Shown piece after piece: positions 14,061 to 30,600 of a stretch of DNA of 64,000 nt. The first letter of the stretch is position 1. Each line of letters starts with the position of its first letter. Source of the stretch: Balanoglossus misakiensis (taxonomy: Eukaryota > Animalia > Hemichordata); contig CM082585.2 in NCBI GenBank assembly GCA_040954595.2, positions 1,426,318 to 1,490,317 of the forward strand, written 5' to 3'. The translations under genes and the position numbers were made by a program. The notes under the pieces are model-generated. The model was not told the DNA's origin, made no database searches, and worked only from the letters and a program-made list of their open reading frames with translations.

Positions 14061-15649
14061 ACATAATATCCTATTGACCAAAATTATAAGATAGAGTAAT
14101 ATAGACGTACAAAACGAGGTGATCGTAATATAAAACTTAATAGTCCAATAAATCGGGTTAATAATTGGTAGTGATTACTTGTTTTAAAATTAGGTTAACA
14201 GCAATGGCTTTGTGCAGGGTATGATAATAGGTTCCGAAATGTGTATGGTATAATAACGGTGAACAAATTTGAATTTGGTTTAATAAAAGGGTTACAAATG
14301 TGATGATGGTTTTATGGTAAAATTTGAGTGTACACAGGTTATAAAGGGGTAACAACGGTTGCTTGTATGAAGGGAATAATATTAGGGTAACAAATGTGGT
14401 ATAAAGGTATAACGGGTTTATAATATGATGATGGCTTGTGTACACAGGTTATAATGGGTATATGAATGAGAAGGGTATAATAATAGTAATAACTGTGTCG
14501 GGTTTAATAAGGGTAACAATTGTGCAAGGGTATAATAACGATTAATAATTGTGGTGATGGCTTATGGTGATATTAAGTATAAAAAGGGTGTTAATATTGA
14601 TGATGATGACAGAGGTATAATAATGATAAAATGTTAAATAAGTGTCCAAGGTCTAATAATCATGTTGGTTCATTCATTGGTTAATGTGTATATTTTATGA
14701 ATAACATGCTATTATTTCTCAGATAGATAATACTCGTCAGCATCGTTATTCGGTGGAATTTCTCGCAACGGTACCCGTGATTGTATTCGCGCATCGACAC
14801 ATTGTACGCGACAGACAGGCAGAAAATGTTAGCACAATGTTAGGTTAGCTTAACCTCCCCACCCCATCCAAATTCCAAATTTAGCTTAGATCATGGGGTG
14901 AGAGGAGGAGAGGACAGTTTTTTTTCCCTCTTTTGTAATTGGTATGAGGTTTTTTAACTGCCCTTTAGGCGCGTAAATTAGATGTGTGTTATCATACATG
15001 TAGTTATCTTGCTTTATTTTAAAACAATTGTGAATGAGCTCTGCGAGATTATGTACACGATAGTGTGTTATATAACGCTAAGGTAAAAGTAAACTTAACC
15101 CACTAACCCATCACACTATTGTGTGCATAATTAGCAGATGCTATTTTGACTGGCCCATTGTTCAACCAAATGACACCTTGTTTCAAAAAGAGCTGAAACT
15201 ATATTGGTTAATTTCTTTCAGTTTAACCACATGACACATTGTTTCAAATTGGCCTGCAAGATATGCTACTTGAACTCCCCCCCCCCCACCCCCACCCCCC
15301 CCAAAACAATAAATTAGGGATTAATCACTCGCTATATTATGAACATTCACATGAAAATTATGCAACCAATTTAAAGGTATTCTGGAGGCGTCTTCTGATG
15401 TCAGGTGGTTCAAATCCACCGATACCTAAGCTGGAAACATAACTTTTCATTGGTGTTCATATATGGCGAATAAAACATGCATATTCGTATTATCATATTT
15501 CAGATATGAACGAATTGAAATAGATTCTTTTCGATATGATTTCAGAAATGAACGAATTCAAATAGATTCTTTTCGATATGTCACTATAAACTTTAATCCC
15601 ATTTCACCCCTTTTACTCAAAATGTAATGTTTAAATAGCAAAGAAGTTA

Positions 15650-18600
15650 ATCACTAAACGTTGACACCGGGGTTTAAAATGCATACAGGGATACTAAAAG
15701 TTGACTGAAATCCCTGGGTTAATACGTGTCCAAAAGCAATTTTATTTGACATTGCTAATGCAACGATGACATTGAATCTGATTCTTTGCATTAGGGGGAA
15801 TGGCGATGCAAGCTTGATGATGCAGCCAGGTAGATAGTGATGCAAACACTTCACTTTGACATAGGTATTTAATGCATGTGCATGGGTATTTAATGTTGAC
15901 TGTAAATCCCCAGGTTAATACGTGGCCAAAAGCACTGTAATTTGACATTGCTAATGCTACCGTGACACTAAATCTGATTCTTGCATCAGGGTAAATTGTG
16001 AAGCAAGCTTGATGATGCATCATGATAGATGGTGTTTCAAGCCCTTCACATTGACATTGGAATATAACGCATATGGGGATTTAAAGTTGATTGTATATCC
16101 TCAGGTTAATACGTGGCCATAAGCACTGTAATTTGACATTGCTAATGCAACGATGATATTGAATCTGATTCTTTGCATCAGGGTAAATGGCGATGCAAGC
16201 TTGATGATGCATCCCGGTAGATAGTGATGCAAACACTTCACTTTGACATGGGTATTTAATGCATGCGCATTGATATTTAAAGTTGACTCTAAATCCCGAG
16301 GTTAATACATGGCCAAAAGCACTGTAATTTAAAATTACTAATGCAAGCGTGACATTGAATATGGATAAATGGTGAAGCAAACGTGATGATGCATCAGGAT
16401 AGATGGTGTTTGAAGCCCTTCACATTGACTTTTGAATATAATGCATATGGGGATTTAAAGTTGATTGTAAATCCCTAGGTTAATACATGGCCAAAAGCAC
16501 TTTTATTTGACATTGCTAATGCAACGGTGACATTGAATCTGATTCTATGCATCAGGGTAAATGGCGATACAGGCTTGATGATGCATCACGGTAGATAGTG
16601 ATGCAAACAGTTCACTCTGACATGGGTATTAAATGCATATGGGGATTTCAAGTTGATTACAAATCCCTGGGTTAATACGCACCCAAAAGCACTGTAGTTT
16701 GACATTGCTAATGAAATGGTGACATTGAATCTGATTCTATGCATCAGGGTAAATGGCGATACAGGCTTGATGATGCATCACGGTAGATAGTGATGCAAAC
16801 AGTTCACTCTGACATGGGTATTAAATGCATATGGGGATTTCAAGTTGATTACAAATCCCTGGGTTAATACGCACCCAAAAGCACTGTAGTTTGACATTGC
16901 TAATGAAATGGTGACATTGAATGTAATTCTTTGCATTAGGGGAAATGGCTAAAAGTTTAATGATGCATTGGAGTAGATGGTGATGCAAGCTATGCATTTT
17001 GACATAGGTATTTAATGCATGTGCATGGGTATTTAATGTTGACTGTAAATCCCTAGGTTAATACATGTCCAAAAGCACTGTAATTTAAAATTGCTAATGC
17101 AAGGGTGACATTGAATCTGATTCTTTGCATCAGGGCAAATTCTGAAGAATGCTTGATGATGCACCAGGGTCAATGGTGATGCAATCACTAAACTTTTACA
17201 CCGGGGTTTAAAATGTATACAGGGGGATTAAAAGTTGACTGTAAATCCCCAGGTTAATACAAGTCCAAAAGCACTTTAATTTGACATTGCTAATACAACG
17301 GTGACATTTAATCTGATTCTTTGCATCAGGGAAAATGGTGAAGCAAGCTTAATAATGCATCGGAGTAAATGGTGATGCAAGCTCTGCACTTTGACATAGG
17401 TATTAAATGTATATGCATGGGTATTTAAAGTTGTCCGTAAATCCCGAGGTTAATACGTGGCCATAGGCACTGTAATTTGACATTGCTAATGCTACCGTGA
17501 TACTAAATCTGATTCTTTGCATCAGGGTAAATTGTGAAGCAAGCTTGATGATGTATCATGATAGATGGTGTTTCAAGCCCTTCACATTGACATTGGAATA
17601 TAACGCACATGGGGATTTAAAGTTGATTGTATGGCCAAAAGCACTGTAATTTGACATTGCTAATGCTACAGTGACATTGAATCTGATTCTTTGCATTAGG
17701 GCAAATGGCGAAGCAAGCTTGATGATGCATCACGGTAGATATTGATGCAAGCACTTCGCTTTGACATAGGTATAAAATTCATATGGGGATTTCAAGTTGA
17801 TTATAAATCCCTGGGTTAATATGTGGCCGAAAGCACTTTTATTTGCCATTGCTAATGCTATGGTGACACTGATTATTTGCATCAGGGTTAATGGCGAAGC
17901 AGCTTGATGATGCATCAGGATAGATGGTGATGCAAGCTCTGCACTTTGACATGAGGATTAAATGCATGCTGAGGGGGATTTAAAGTTGTCAAAACAAACT
18001 TGATGATGCATCAGGGTAGAAGGTATTTCAAGCCCTTCACATTGACATTGGAATATAACGCATATGGGGATTTAAAGTTGATTGTAAATCCCCAGGTTGA
18101 TACGTGGCCATAAGCACTGTAGTTTGACATTGCTAATGCTACCGTGACATTAAATCTGATTCTTTCCATCGGGGTAAATTGTGAAGCAAGCTTGATGATG
18201 CATCAGGACAGATGGTGTTTCAAGCCCTTCACATTGACAATGGAATATAACGCATATGGGGATTTAAAGTTGATTGAAAATCCCTAGGTTAATACATGGC
18301 CAAAAGCACTGTAATTTAAAATTGCAAATGCAATGGTGACATTGAATGTCATTCTTTGCATTAGGGGAAATGGCGTAGCAAGCATAATGGTACATCAGAG
18401 TAGATGGTGATGCAAGCTCTGCACTTTGACATAGATATTTAATGCATATGCATGGGTATTTAATGTCGACTGTAAATCCCCAGGTTAATATATGTCCAAA
18501 AGCACTGTAATTTAAAATTGCTAATGCAAGGGTGACATTGAATCTGATTCTTTGCATTATGGGGAATGGCGATGCAAACCTAATGATGCATCAGAGTAGA

Positions 18601-21600
18601 TGGTGATGCAAGCTCTGCACTTTGACATAGGTATTTAATGTATATGCATGGGTATTTAAAGTTGTCTGTAAATTCCCAGGTTAATACGTGGCAATAAGCA
18701 CTGTAATTTGACATTGCTAATGAAATGGTGACGCTGAATGTGATTTTTTGCATCAGGGTAAATTGTGAAGCAAGCTTGATGATGCATCAGGATAGATGGT
18801 GTTTCAAGCCCTTCACTTGACATTGGAATATAACGCATATGGGGATTTAAAGTTAATTGCAAATCCATAGGTTAATACATGGCCAAAAACACTGTAATTT
18901 AAAATTGCTAATGCAATGGTGACATTGAATGTGATTCTTTGCATTAGGGGAAATGGCGTAGCAAGCCTAATGGTGCATCAGAGTAAATGGTGATGCAAGC
19001 TCTACACTTTGACATAGGTATTTAATGGATATGCATGGGTATTTAATGTTGACTGTAAATCCTCAGGTTAATACGTGGCCATAAGCACTGTAATTTGACA
19101 TTGCTAATGCAACGGTGACATTGAATCTGATTCTTTGCATAAGGGTGAATGGCGATGCAAGCTTGATGATGCATCACGGTAGATAGTGATGCAAACACTT
19201 CACTTTGACATGGGTATCAAATGCATATAGGGATTTGCTAATGCTACCATGACACTAAATCTGATTTTTTGCATCAGGGAAAATGGTGAAGCAAGCTTGA
19301 TGATGCATCATGATAGATGGTGTTTCAAGCCCTTCACATTGACATTAGAATATAATGCATATGGGGATTTAAAGTTGATTGTACATCCCCAGGTTAGTAT
19401 ACGGCCAAACGCACTATAATTTGACATTGCTAATGCAACAGTGACATTGAATCTGATTCTTTGCATTAGGGCAAATGGCGAAGCAAGCTTGATGATGCAT
19501 CACGGTAGATATTGATGCAAGCACTTCGCTTTGACATAGGTATAAAATTCATATAGGGATTTCAAGTTGATTATAAATCCCTGGGTTAATATGTGGCCGA
19601 AAGCACTTTTATTTGCCATTGCTAATGCTATGGCGACACTAAATCTGATTCTTTGCATCAGGGTAAATTGTGAAGAAAGCTTGATGATGCATCAGTATAG
19701 ATGGTGTTTCAAGCCGTTCAAGTTAACATTGCAATATAATGCATATGGGGATTTGAAGTTGATTGTAAACCCGCAAGTTAATACATGGCCAAATGCTCAG
19801 TAATTTGACATTGCTGATGCTATGGTGACACTGATTATTTGCATCAGGGTTAATGGCGAAACAAACTTGATGATGCATCAGGGTAGATGGTATTTCAAGC
19901 CCTTCACATTGACATTGGAATATAATGCATATGGGGATTTAAAGTTGATTGTAAATCCCCAGGTTAATACATAGCCAAAAGCACTGTAATTTGACATGGC
20001 TAATGCTACTGTGATACTAAATCTGATTCTTTGCATCAGGGCATATAGCGAAGCATGCTTGGTGATGCATCAGGATCAATGGTGATGGAGACACTGCACT
20101 TTGACATGCGTATTTAATGCATATGCACAGATGTTTAAAGTTGACTGTAAATCGCCAGGTTAATACGTGGCCAAAAGCACAGTAATTTGACATTGCGAAT
20201 GCAACAGTGACATTTAATCTGATTCTTTGCATTAAGGCAAATGGCGAAGCATGCTTGACGATGCATCACAGTAGATAGTGATGCAAACACTTCGCTTAGA
20301 CATGGGTATAAAAAGCATATAGGGATTTCAAATAGATTATAAATCCCTGTGTTAATACGTGTCCAAAAGCACTGTAATTTGACATTGCTTATGCAATGGT
20401 GACACTATATCTGATTCTTTGCATCAGGGCAAATGGCGAAGCAGCTTGATGATGCATCAGGATAGATGGTGATGCAAGCTCTGCACTTTGACATGGGGAT
20501 TAAATGCATGCTGAGGGGGATTTAAAGTTGTCAAAACAAACTTGATGATGCATCAGGGTAGATGGTATTTCAAGCCCTTCACATTGACATTGGAATATAA
20601 CGCATATGGGGATTTAAAGTTGATTGTAAATCCCCAGGTTGATACGTGGCAATAAGCACTGTAGTTTGACATTGCTAATGCTACCATGACATTAAATCTG
20701 ATTCTTTCCATCGGGGTAAATTGTGAAGCAAGCTTGATGATGCATCAGGACAGATGGTGTTTCAAGCCCTTCACATTGACAATGGAATATAACGCATATG
20801 GGGATTTAAAGTTGATTGAAAATCCCTAGGTTAATACATGGCCAAAAGCACTGTAATTTACAATTGCAAATGCAATGGTGACATTGAATGTCATTCTTTG
20901 CATTAGGGGAAATGGCGTAGCGAGCATAATGGTGCATCAGAGTAGATGGTGATGTAAGCTATGCATTGTGACATAGATATTTAATGCCTATGCATGGGTA
21001 TTTAATGTTGACTGTAAATCCCCAGGTTAATACATGTCCAAAAGCACTGTAATTTAAAATTGCTAATGCAAGGGTGATATTGAATCTGATTCTTTGCATC
21101 AGGGCAAATTCTGAAGAATGCTTGATGATGCACCAGGGTCAATGGTGATGCAATCACTAAACTTTGACACCGGGGTTTAAAATGTATACAGGGGGATTAA
21201 AAGTTGACTGTAAATCCCCAGGTTAATACAAGTCCAAAAGCACCGTAATTTGACATTGATAATACAACGGTGACATTTAAACTGATTCTTTGCATCAGGG
21301 CAAATGGTGAAGCAAGCTTAATAATGCATCGGAGTATATGGTGATGCAAGCTCTGCATTTTGACATAGGTATTAAATGTATATGCATGGGTATTTAAAGT
21401 TGTCTGTAAATCCCCAGGTTAATACGTGGCCATAATCACTGTAATTTGACATTGCTAATGCTACCGTGATACTAAATCTGATTCTTTGCATCAGGGTAAA
21501 TTGTGAAGCAAGCTTGATGATGTATCATGATAGATGGTGTTTCAAGCCCTTCACATTGACATTGGAATATAACGCATATGGGGATTTAAAGTTGATTGTA

Positions 21601-24600
21601 AATCCCCAGGTTAATACATGGCCAAAAGCACTGTAATTTAAAATTGCTAATGCAATGGTGACATTGAATGTGATTCTTTGCATTAGGGGAAATGGCGTAG
21701 CAAGCCTAATGGTGCATCAGAGTAGATGGTGATGCAAGCTCTGCACTTTGACATAGGTATTTAATGCATATGCATGGGTATTTAATGTTGACTGTAAATC
21801 CTCAGGTTAATACGTGGCCATAAGCACTGTAATTTGACATTGCTAATGCAACGATGATATTGAATCTGAGTCTTTGCATCAGGGTAAATGGCGATGCAAG
21901 CTTGATGATGCATCTCAGTAGATAGTGATGCAAACACTTCACTTTGACATGGGTATTTAATGCATGCGCATTGATATTTAAAGTTGACTCTAAATCCCGA
22001 GGTTAATACATGGCCAAAAGCACTGTAATTTAAAATTACTAATGCAAGGGTGACATTGAATATGGATAAATGGTGAAGCAAACGTGATGATGCATCAGGA
22101 TAGATGGTGTTCCAAGCCCTTCACATTGACTTTTGAATATAATGCATATGGGGATTTAATGTTGACTGTAAATCCTCAGGTTAATACGTGGCCATAAGCA
22201 CTGTAATTTGACATTGCTAATGCAACGATGATATTGAATCTGAGTCTTTGCATCAGGGTAAATGGCGATGCAAGCTTGATGATGCATCTCAGTAGATAGT
22301 GATGCAAACACTTCACTTTGACATGGGTATTTAATGCATGCGCATTGATATTTAAAGTTGACTCTAAATCCCGAGGTTAATACATGGCCAAAAGCACTGT
22401 AATTTAAAATTACTAATGCAAGGGTGACATTGAATATGGATAAATGGTGAAGCAAACGTGATGATGCATCAGGATAGATGGTGTTCCAAGCCCTTCACAT
22501 TGACTTTTGAATATAATGCATATGGGGATTTAAAGTTGATTGTAAATCCCTAGGTTAATAATGGCCAAAAGCACTTTTATTTGACATTGCTAATGCAACG
22601 GTGACATTGAATCTGATTCTATGCATAAGGGTAAATGGCGATGCAGGCTTGATGATGCATCACGGTAGATAGTGATGCAAACAGTTCACTTTGACATGGG
22701 TATTAAATGCATATGGGGATTTCAAGTTGATTACAAATCCTTGGGTTAATACGCATCCAAAAGCACTGTAATTTGACATTGCTAATGAAATGGTGACATT
22801 GAATGTAATTCTTTGCATTAGGGGAAATGGCTAAGCAAGCTTAATGATGCATTGGAGTAGATGGTGATGCAAGCTATGCATTTTGACATAGGTATTTAAT
22901 GCATGTGCATGGGTATTTAATGTTGACTGTAAATCCCTAGGTTAATACATGTCCAAAAGCACTGTAATTTAAAATTGCTAATGCAAGGGTGACATTGAAT
23001 CTGATTCTTTGCATCAGGGCAAATTCTGAAGAATGCTTGATGATGCACCAGGGTCAATGGTGATGCAATCACTAAACTTTGACACCGGGGTTTAAAATGT
23101 ATACAGGGGGATTAAAAGTTGACTGTAAATCCCTGGGTTAATACAAGTCCAAAAGCACTTTAATTTGACATTGCTAATACAACGGTGACATTTAATCTGA
23201 TTCTTTGCATCAGGGAAAATGGCGAAGCAAGCTTAATAATGCATTGGAGTATATGGTGATGCAAGCTCTGCATTTTGACATAGGTATTAAATGTATATGC
23301 AAGGGTATTTAAAGTTGTCCGTACATCCCGAGGTTAATACGTGGCCATAGGCACTGTAATTTGACATTGCTAATGCTACCGTGATACTAAATCTGATTCT
23401 TTGCATCAGGGAAAATGGTGAAGCAAGCTTGATGATGCATCAGGATAGATGGTGTTTCAAGCCCTTCACATTGACATTAGAATATAATGCATATGGGGAT
23501 TTAAAGTTGATTGTAAATCCCCAGGTTAGTATACGGCCAAACGAACTGTAATTTGACATTGCTAATGCAAGGGTGACATTGAATCTGATTCTTTGCATTA
23601 GGGCAAATGGCGAAGCAAGCTTGATGATGCATCACGGTAGATATTGATGCAAGCACTTCGCTTTGACATAGGTATAAAATTCATATGGGGATTTCAAGTT
23701 GATTATAAATCCCTGGGTTAATATGTGGCCGAAAGCACTTTTATTTGCCATTGCTAATGCTATGGTGACACTGATTATTTGCATCAGGGTTAATGGCGAA
23801 ACAAACTTGATGATGCATCAGGGTAGATGGTTTTTCAAGCCCTTCACATTGACATTGGAATATAATGCATATGGGGATTTAAAGTTGATTATAAATCCCG
23901 ATGTTTATACATGGCCAAAAGCACAGTAATTTGACATTGCTAATGCAATGGTGACATTGAATCTGATTCTTTGCATCAGCGTAAATGGCGAAGCATGCTT
24001 GATGATGCATCACAGTAGATAGTGATGCAAACACTTCGCTTAGACATGGGTATAAAAAGCATATAGGGATTTCAAGTAGATTATAAATCCCTGTGTTAAT
24101 ACGTGTCCAAAAGCACTGTAATTTGACATTGCTAATGCAATGTTGACACTATATCTGATTCTTTGCATCAGGGCAAATGGGGAAGCAGCTTGATGATGGA
24201 TCAGGGTAGATGGTATTTCAAGCCCTTCACATTGACATTGGAATATAACGCATATGGGGATTTAAAGTTGATTGTAAATCCCCAGGTTGATACGTGGCCA
24301 TAAGCACTGTAGTTTGACATTGCTAATGCTACCGTGACATTAAATCTGATTCTTTCCATCGGGGTAAATTGTGAAGCAAGCTTGATGATGCATCAGGACA
24401 GATGGTGTTTCAAGCCCTTCACATTGACAATGGAATATAACGCATATGGGGATTTAAAGTTGATTGAAAATCCCTAGGTTAATACATGTCCAAAAGCACT
24501 GTAATTTAAAATTGCTAATGCAAGGGTGACATTGAATCTGATTCTTTGCATTAGGGGGAATGGCGATGCAAACCTAATGATGCATCAGAGTAGATGGTGA

Positions 24601-27600
24601 TGCAAGCTCTGCACTTTGACATAGGTATTTAATGTATATGCATGGGTATTTAAAGTTGTCTGTAAATTCCCAGGTTAATACGTGGCAATAAGCACTGTAA
24701 TTTGACATTGCTAATGAAATGGTGACGCTGAATGTGATTTTTTGCATCAGGGTAAATTGTGAAGCAAGCTTGATGATGCATCAGGATAGATGGTGTTTCA
24801 AGCCCTTCACTTGACATTGGAATATAACGCATATGGGGATTTAAAGTTAATTGCAAATCCATAGGTTAATACATGGCCAAAAACACTGTAATTTAAAATT
24901 GCTAATGCAATGGTGACATTGAATGTGATTCTTTGCATTAGGGGAAATGGCGTAGCAAGCCTAATGGTGCATCAGAGTAAATGGTGATGCAAGCTCTGCA
25001 CTTTGACATAGGTATTTAATGTATATGCATGGGTATTTAAAGTTGTCTGTAAATTCCCAGGTTAATACGTGGCAATAAGCACTGTAATTTGACATTGCTA
25101 ATGAAATGGTGACGCTGAATGTGATTTTTTGCATCAGGGTAAATTGTGAAGCAAGCTTGATGATGCATCAGGATAGATGGTGTTTCAAGCCCTTCACTTG
25201 ACATTGGAATATAACGCATATGGGGATTTAAAGTTAATTGCAAATCCATAGGTTAATACATGGCCAAAAACACTGTAATTTAAAATTGCTAATGCAATGG
25301 TGACATTGAATGTGATTCTTTGCATTAGGGGAAATGGCGTAGCAAGCCTAATGGTGCATCAGAGTAAATGGTGATGCAAGCTCTGCACTTTGACATAGGT
25401 ATTTAATGGATATGCATGGGTATTTAATGTTGACTGTAAATCCTCAGGTTAATACGTAGCCATAAGCACTGTAATTTGACATTGCTAATGCAACGGTGAC
25501 ATTGAATCTGATTCTTTGCATAAGGGTGAATGGCGATGCAAGCTTGATGATGCATCACGGTAGATAGTGATGCAAACACTTCACTTTGACATGGGTATCA
25601 AATGCATATGGGGATTTGCTAATGCTACCATGACACTAAATCTGATTTTTTGCATCAGGGAAAATGGTGAAGCAAGCTTGATGATGCATCATGATAGATG
25701 GTGTTTCAAGCCCTTCACATTGATATTAGAATATAATGCATATGGGGATTTAAAGTTGATTGTAAATCCCCAGGTTAGTATACGGCCAAACGCACTATAA
25801 TTTGACATTGCTAATGCAACAGTGACATTGAATCTGATTCTTTGCATTAGGGCAAATGGCGAAGCAAGCTTGATGATGCATCACGGTAGATATTGATGCA
25901 AGCACTTCGCTTTGACATAGGTATAAAATTCATATAGGGATTTCAAGTTGATTATAAATCCCTGGGTTAATATGTGGCCGAAAGCACTTTTATTTGCCAT
26001 TGCTAATGCTATGGCGACACTAAATCTGATTCTTTGCATCAGGGTAAATTGTGAAGAAAGCTTGATGATGCATCAGTATAGATGGTGTTTCAAGCCGTTC
26101 AAGTTAACATTGCAATATAATGCATATGGGGATTTGAAGTTGATTGTAAACCCGCAAGTTAATACATGGCCAAATGCTCAGTAATTTGACATTGCTGATG
26201 CTATGGTGACACTGATTATTTGCATCAGGGTTAATGGCGAAACAAACTTGATGATGCATCAGGGTAGATGGTATTTCAAGCCCTTCACATTGACATTGGA
26301 ATATAATGCATATGGGGATTTAAAGTTGATTGTAAATCCCCAGGTTAATACATAGCCAAAAGCACTGTAATTTGACATGGCTAATGCTACTGTGATACTA
26401 AATCTGATTCTTTGCATCAGGGCATATAGCGAAGCATGCTTGGTGATGCATCAGGATCAATGGTGATGGAGACACTGCACTTTGACATGCGTATTTAATG
26501 CATATGCACAGATGTTTAAAGTTGACTGTAAATCGCCAGGTTAATACGTGGCCAAAAGCACAGTAATTTGACATTGCGAATGCAACAGTGACATTTAATC
26601 TGATTCTTTGCATTAAGGCAAATGGCGAAGCATGCTTGACGATGCATCACAGTAGATAGTGATGCAAACACTTCGCTTAGACATGGGTATAAAAAGCATA
26701 TAGGGATTTCAAATAGATTATAAATCCCTGTGTTAATACGTGTCCAAAAGCACTGTAATTTGACATTGCTTATGCAATGGTGACACTATATCTGATTCTT
26801 TGCATCAGGGCAAATGGCGAAGCAGCTTGATGATGCATCAGGATAGATGGTGATGCAAGCTCTGCACTTTGACATGGGGATTAAATGCATGCTGAGGGGG
26901 ATTTAAAGTTGTCAAAACAAACTTGATGATGCATCAGGGTAGATGGTATTTCAAGCCCTTCACATTGACATTGGAATATAACGCATATGGGGATTTAAAG
27001 TTGATTGTAAATCCCCAGGTTGATACGTGGCCATAAGCACTGTAGTTTGACATTGCTAATGCTACCGTGACATTAAATCTGATTCTTTCCATCGGGGTAA
27101 ATTGTGAAGCAAGCTTGATGATGCATCAGGACAGATGGTGTTTCAAGCCCTTCACATTGACAATGGAATATAACGCATATGGGGATTTAAAGTTGATTGA
27201 AAATCCCTAGGTTAATACATGGCCAAAAGCACTGTAATTTACAATTGCAAATGCAATGGTGACATTGAATGTCATTCTTTGCATTAGGGGAAATGGCGTA
27301 GCGAGCATAATGGTGCATCAGAGTAGATGGTGATGCAAGCTATGCATTGTGACATAGGTATTTAATGCCTATGCATGGGTATTTAATGTTGACTGTAAAT
27401 CCCCAGGTTAATACATGTCCAAAAGCACTGTAATTTAAAATTGCTAATGCAAGGGTGATATTGAATCTGATTCTTTGCATCAGGGCAAATTCTGAAGAAT
27501 GCTTGATGATGCACCAGGGTCAATGATGATGCAATCACTAAACTTTGACACCGGGGTTTAAAATGTATACAGGGGGATTAAAAGTTGACTGTAAATCCCC

Positions 27601-30600
27601 AGGTTTCAAGCCCTTCACATTGACATTGGAATATAACGCATACGGGGATTTAAAGTTGATTATAAATCCCCAGGTTAATACATGGCCAAAAGCAATGGTG
27701 ACATTGAATGTGATTCTTTGCATTAGGGGAAATGGCGTAGCAAGCCTAATGGTGCATCAGAGTAGATGGTGATGCAAGCTCTGCATTTTGACATAGGTAT
27801 TAAATGTATATGCAAGGGTATTTAAAGTTGTCCGTACATCCCAAGGTTAATACGTGGCCATAGGCACTGTAATTTGACATTGCTAATGCTACCGTGATAC
27901 TAAATCTGATTCTTTGCATCAGGGAAAATGGTGAAGCAAGCTTGATGATGCATCAGGATAGATGGTGTTTCAAGCCCTTCACATTGACATTAGAATATAA
28001 TGCATATGGGGATTTAAAGTTGATTGTAAATCCCCAGGTTAGTAAACGGCCAAACGAACTGTAATTTGACATTGCTAATGCTACAGTGACATTGAATCTG
28101 ATTCTTTGCATTAGGGCAAATGGCGAAGCAAGCTTGATGATGCATCACGGTAGATATTGATGCAAGCACTTCGCTTTGACATAGGTATAAAATTCATACG
28201 GGGATTTCAAGTTGATTATAAATCCCTGGGTTAATATGTGGCCGAAAGCACTTTTATTTGCCATTGCTAATGCTATGGTGACACTGATTATTTGCATCAG
28301 GGTTAATGGCGAAACAAACTTGATGATGCATCAGGGTAGATGGTTTTTCAAGCCCTTCACATTGACATTGGAATATAATGCATATGGGGATTTAAAGTTG
28401 ACTGTAAATCGCCAGGTTAATACGTGGCCAAAAGCACAGTAATTTGACATTGCGAATGCAACAGTGACATTTAATGTGATTCTTTGCATTAGGGCAAATG
28501 GCGAAGCATGCTTGACGATGCATTACTGTAGATAGTGATGCAAACACTTCGCTTTGACATGGGTATAAAAAGCATATGGGGATTTCAAGTTGATAATAAA
28601 TCCCGATGTTTATACATGGCCAAAAGCACTGTAATTTGACATTGCTAATGCAATGGTGACATTGAATCTGATTCTTTGCATCAGCGTAAATGGCGAAGCA
28701 TGCTTGATGATGCATCACAGTAGATAGTGATGCAAACACTTCGCTTAGACATGGGTATAAAAAGCATATAGGGATTTCAAGTAGATTATAAATCCCTGTG
28801 TTAATACGTGTCCAAAAGCACTGTAATTTGACATTGCTAATGCCATGTTGACATTATATCTGATTCTTTGCATCAGGGCAAATGGGGAAGCAGCTTGATG
28901 ATGGATCAGGGTAGATGGTATTTCAAGCCCTTCACATTGACATTGGAATATAACGCATATGGGGATTTAAAGTTGATTGTAAATCCCCAGGTTAATACGT
29001 GGCCATAATCACTGTAATTTGACATTGCTAATGAAATGGTGACGCTGAATGTGATTTTTTTGCATCAGGGTAAATTGTGAAGCAAGCTTGATGATGCATC
29101 AGGATAGATGGTGTTTCAAGCCCTTCACTTGACATTGGAATATAACGCATATGGGGATTTAAAGTTAATTGCAAATCCCTAGGTTAATACATGGCCAAAA
29201 ACACTGTAATTTAAAATTGCTAATGCAATGGTGACATTGAATGTGATTCTTTGCATCAGGGCAAATGGCGAAGCAGCTTGATGATGCATCAGGATAGATG
29301 GTGATGCAAGCTCTGCACTTTGACATAGGTATTTAATGCATATGCATGGGTATTTAAAGTTGTCTGTAAATTCCCAGGTTAATACATGGCCATAAGCACT
29401 GTAATTTGACATTGCTAATGCAACGATGATATTGAATCTGATTCTTTGCATCAGGGTAAATGGCGATGCAAGCTTGATGATGCATCACGGTAGATAGGGA
29501 TGCAAACACTTCACTTTGACGTGGGTGTTAAATGCATATGGGGATTTGCTAATGCTACCGTGACACTAAATCTGATTCTTTGCATCAGGGAAAATGGTGA
29601 AGCAAGCTTGATGATGCATCAGGATAGATGGTGTTTCAAGCCCTTCACATTGACATTAGAATATAATGCATATGGGGATTTAAAGTTGATTGTAAATCCC
29701 CAGGTTAGTATACGGCCAAACGAACTGTAATTTGACATTGCTAATGCTACAGTGACATTGAATCTGATTCTTTGCATTAGGGCAAATGGCGAAGCAAGCT
29801 TGATGATGCATCACGGTAGATATTGATGCAAGCACTTCGCTTTGACATGGGTATAAAATTCATATGGGGATTTCAAGTTGATTATAAATCCCTGGGTTAA
29901 TATGTGGCCGAAAACACTTTTATTTGCCATTGCTAATGCTATGGCGACACTAAATCTGATTCTTTGCATCAGGGTAAATTGTAAAGAAAGCTTGATGATG
30001 CATCAGTATAGATGGTGTTTCAAGCCGTTCAAGTCAACATTGCAATATAATGCATATGGGGATTTAAAGTTGATTGTAAACCCCCAAGTTAATACATGGC
30101 CAAACGCTCAGTAAATTGACATTGCTAATGCTATGGTGACACTGATTATTTGCATCAGGGTTAATGGCGAAACAAACTTGATGATGCATCAGGGTAGATG
30201 GTATTTCAAGCCCTTCACATTGACATTGGCATATAATGCATATGGGGATTTAAAGTTGAGTGTAAATCCCTAGGTTAATACATAGCCAAAAGCACTGTAA
30301 TTTGACATGGCTAATGCTACTGTGATACTAAATCTGATTCTTTGCACCAGGGCATATAACGAAGCATGCTTGATGATGCATCAGGATCAATGGTGATGGA
30401 GACACTGCACTTTGACATGTGTATTTAATGCATATGCACTGATGTTTAAAGTTGACTGTAAATCGCCAGGTTAATATGTGGCCAAAAGCACAGTAATTTG
30501 ACATTGCGAATGCAATGGTGACATTGAATCTGATTCTTTGCATTACGGCAAATGGCGAAGCATGCTTGACGATGCATTACTGTAGATAGTGATGCAAACA

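Noticed and set aside
15096-15650. Possible piggyBac-type MITE (ttaaccc ... gttaa)
   Set aside because: The ends are not convincingly inverted repeats.
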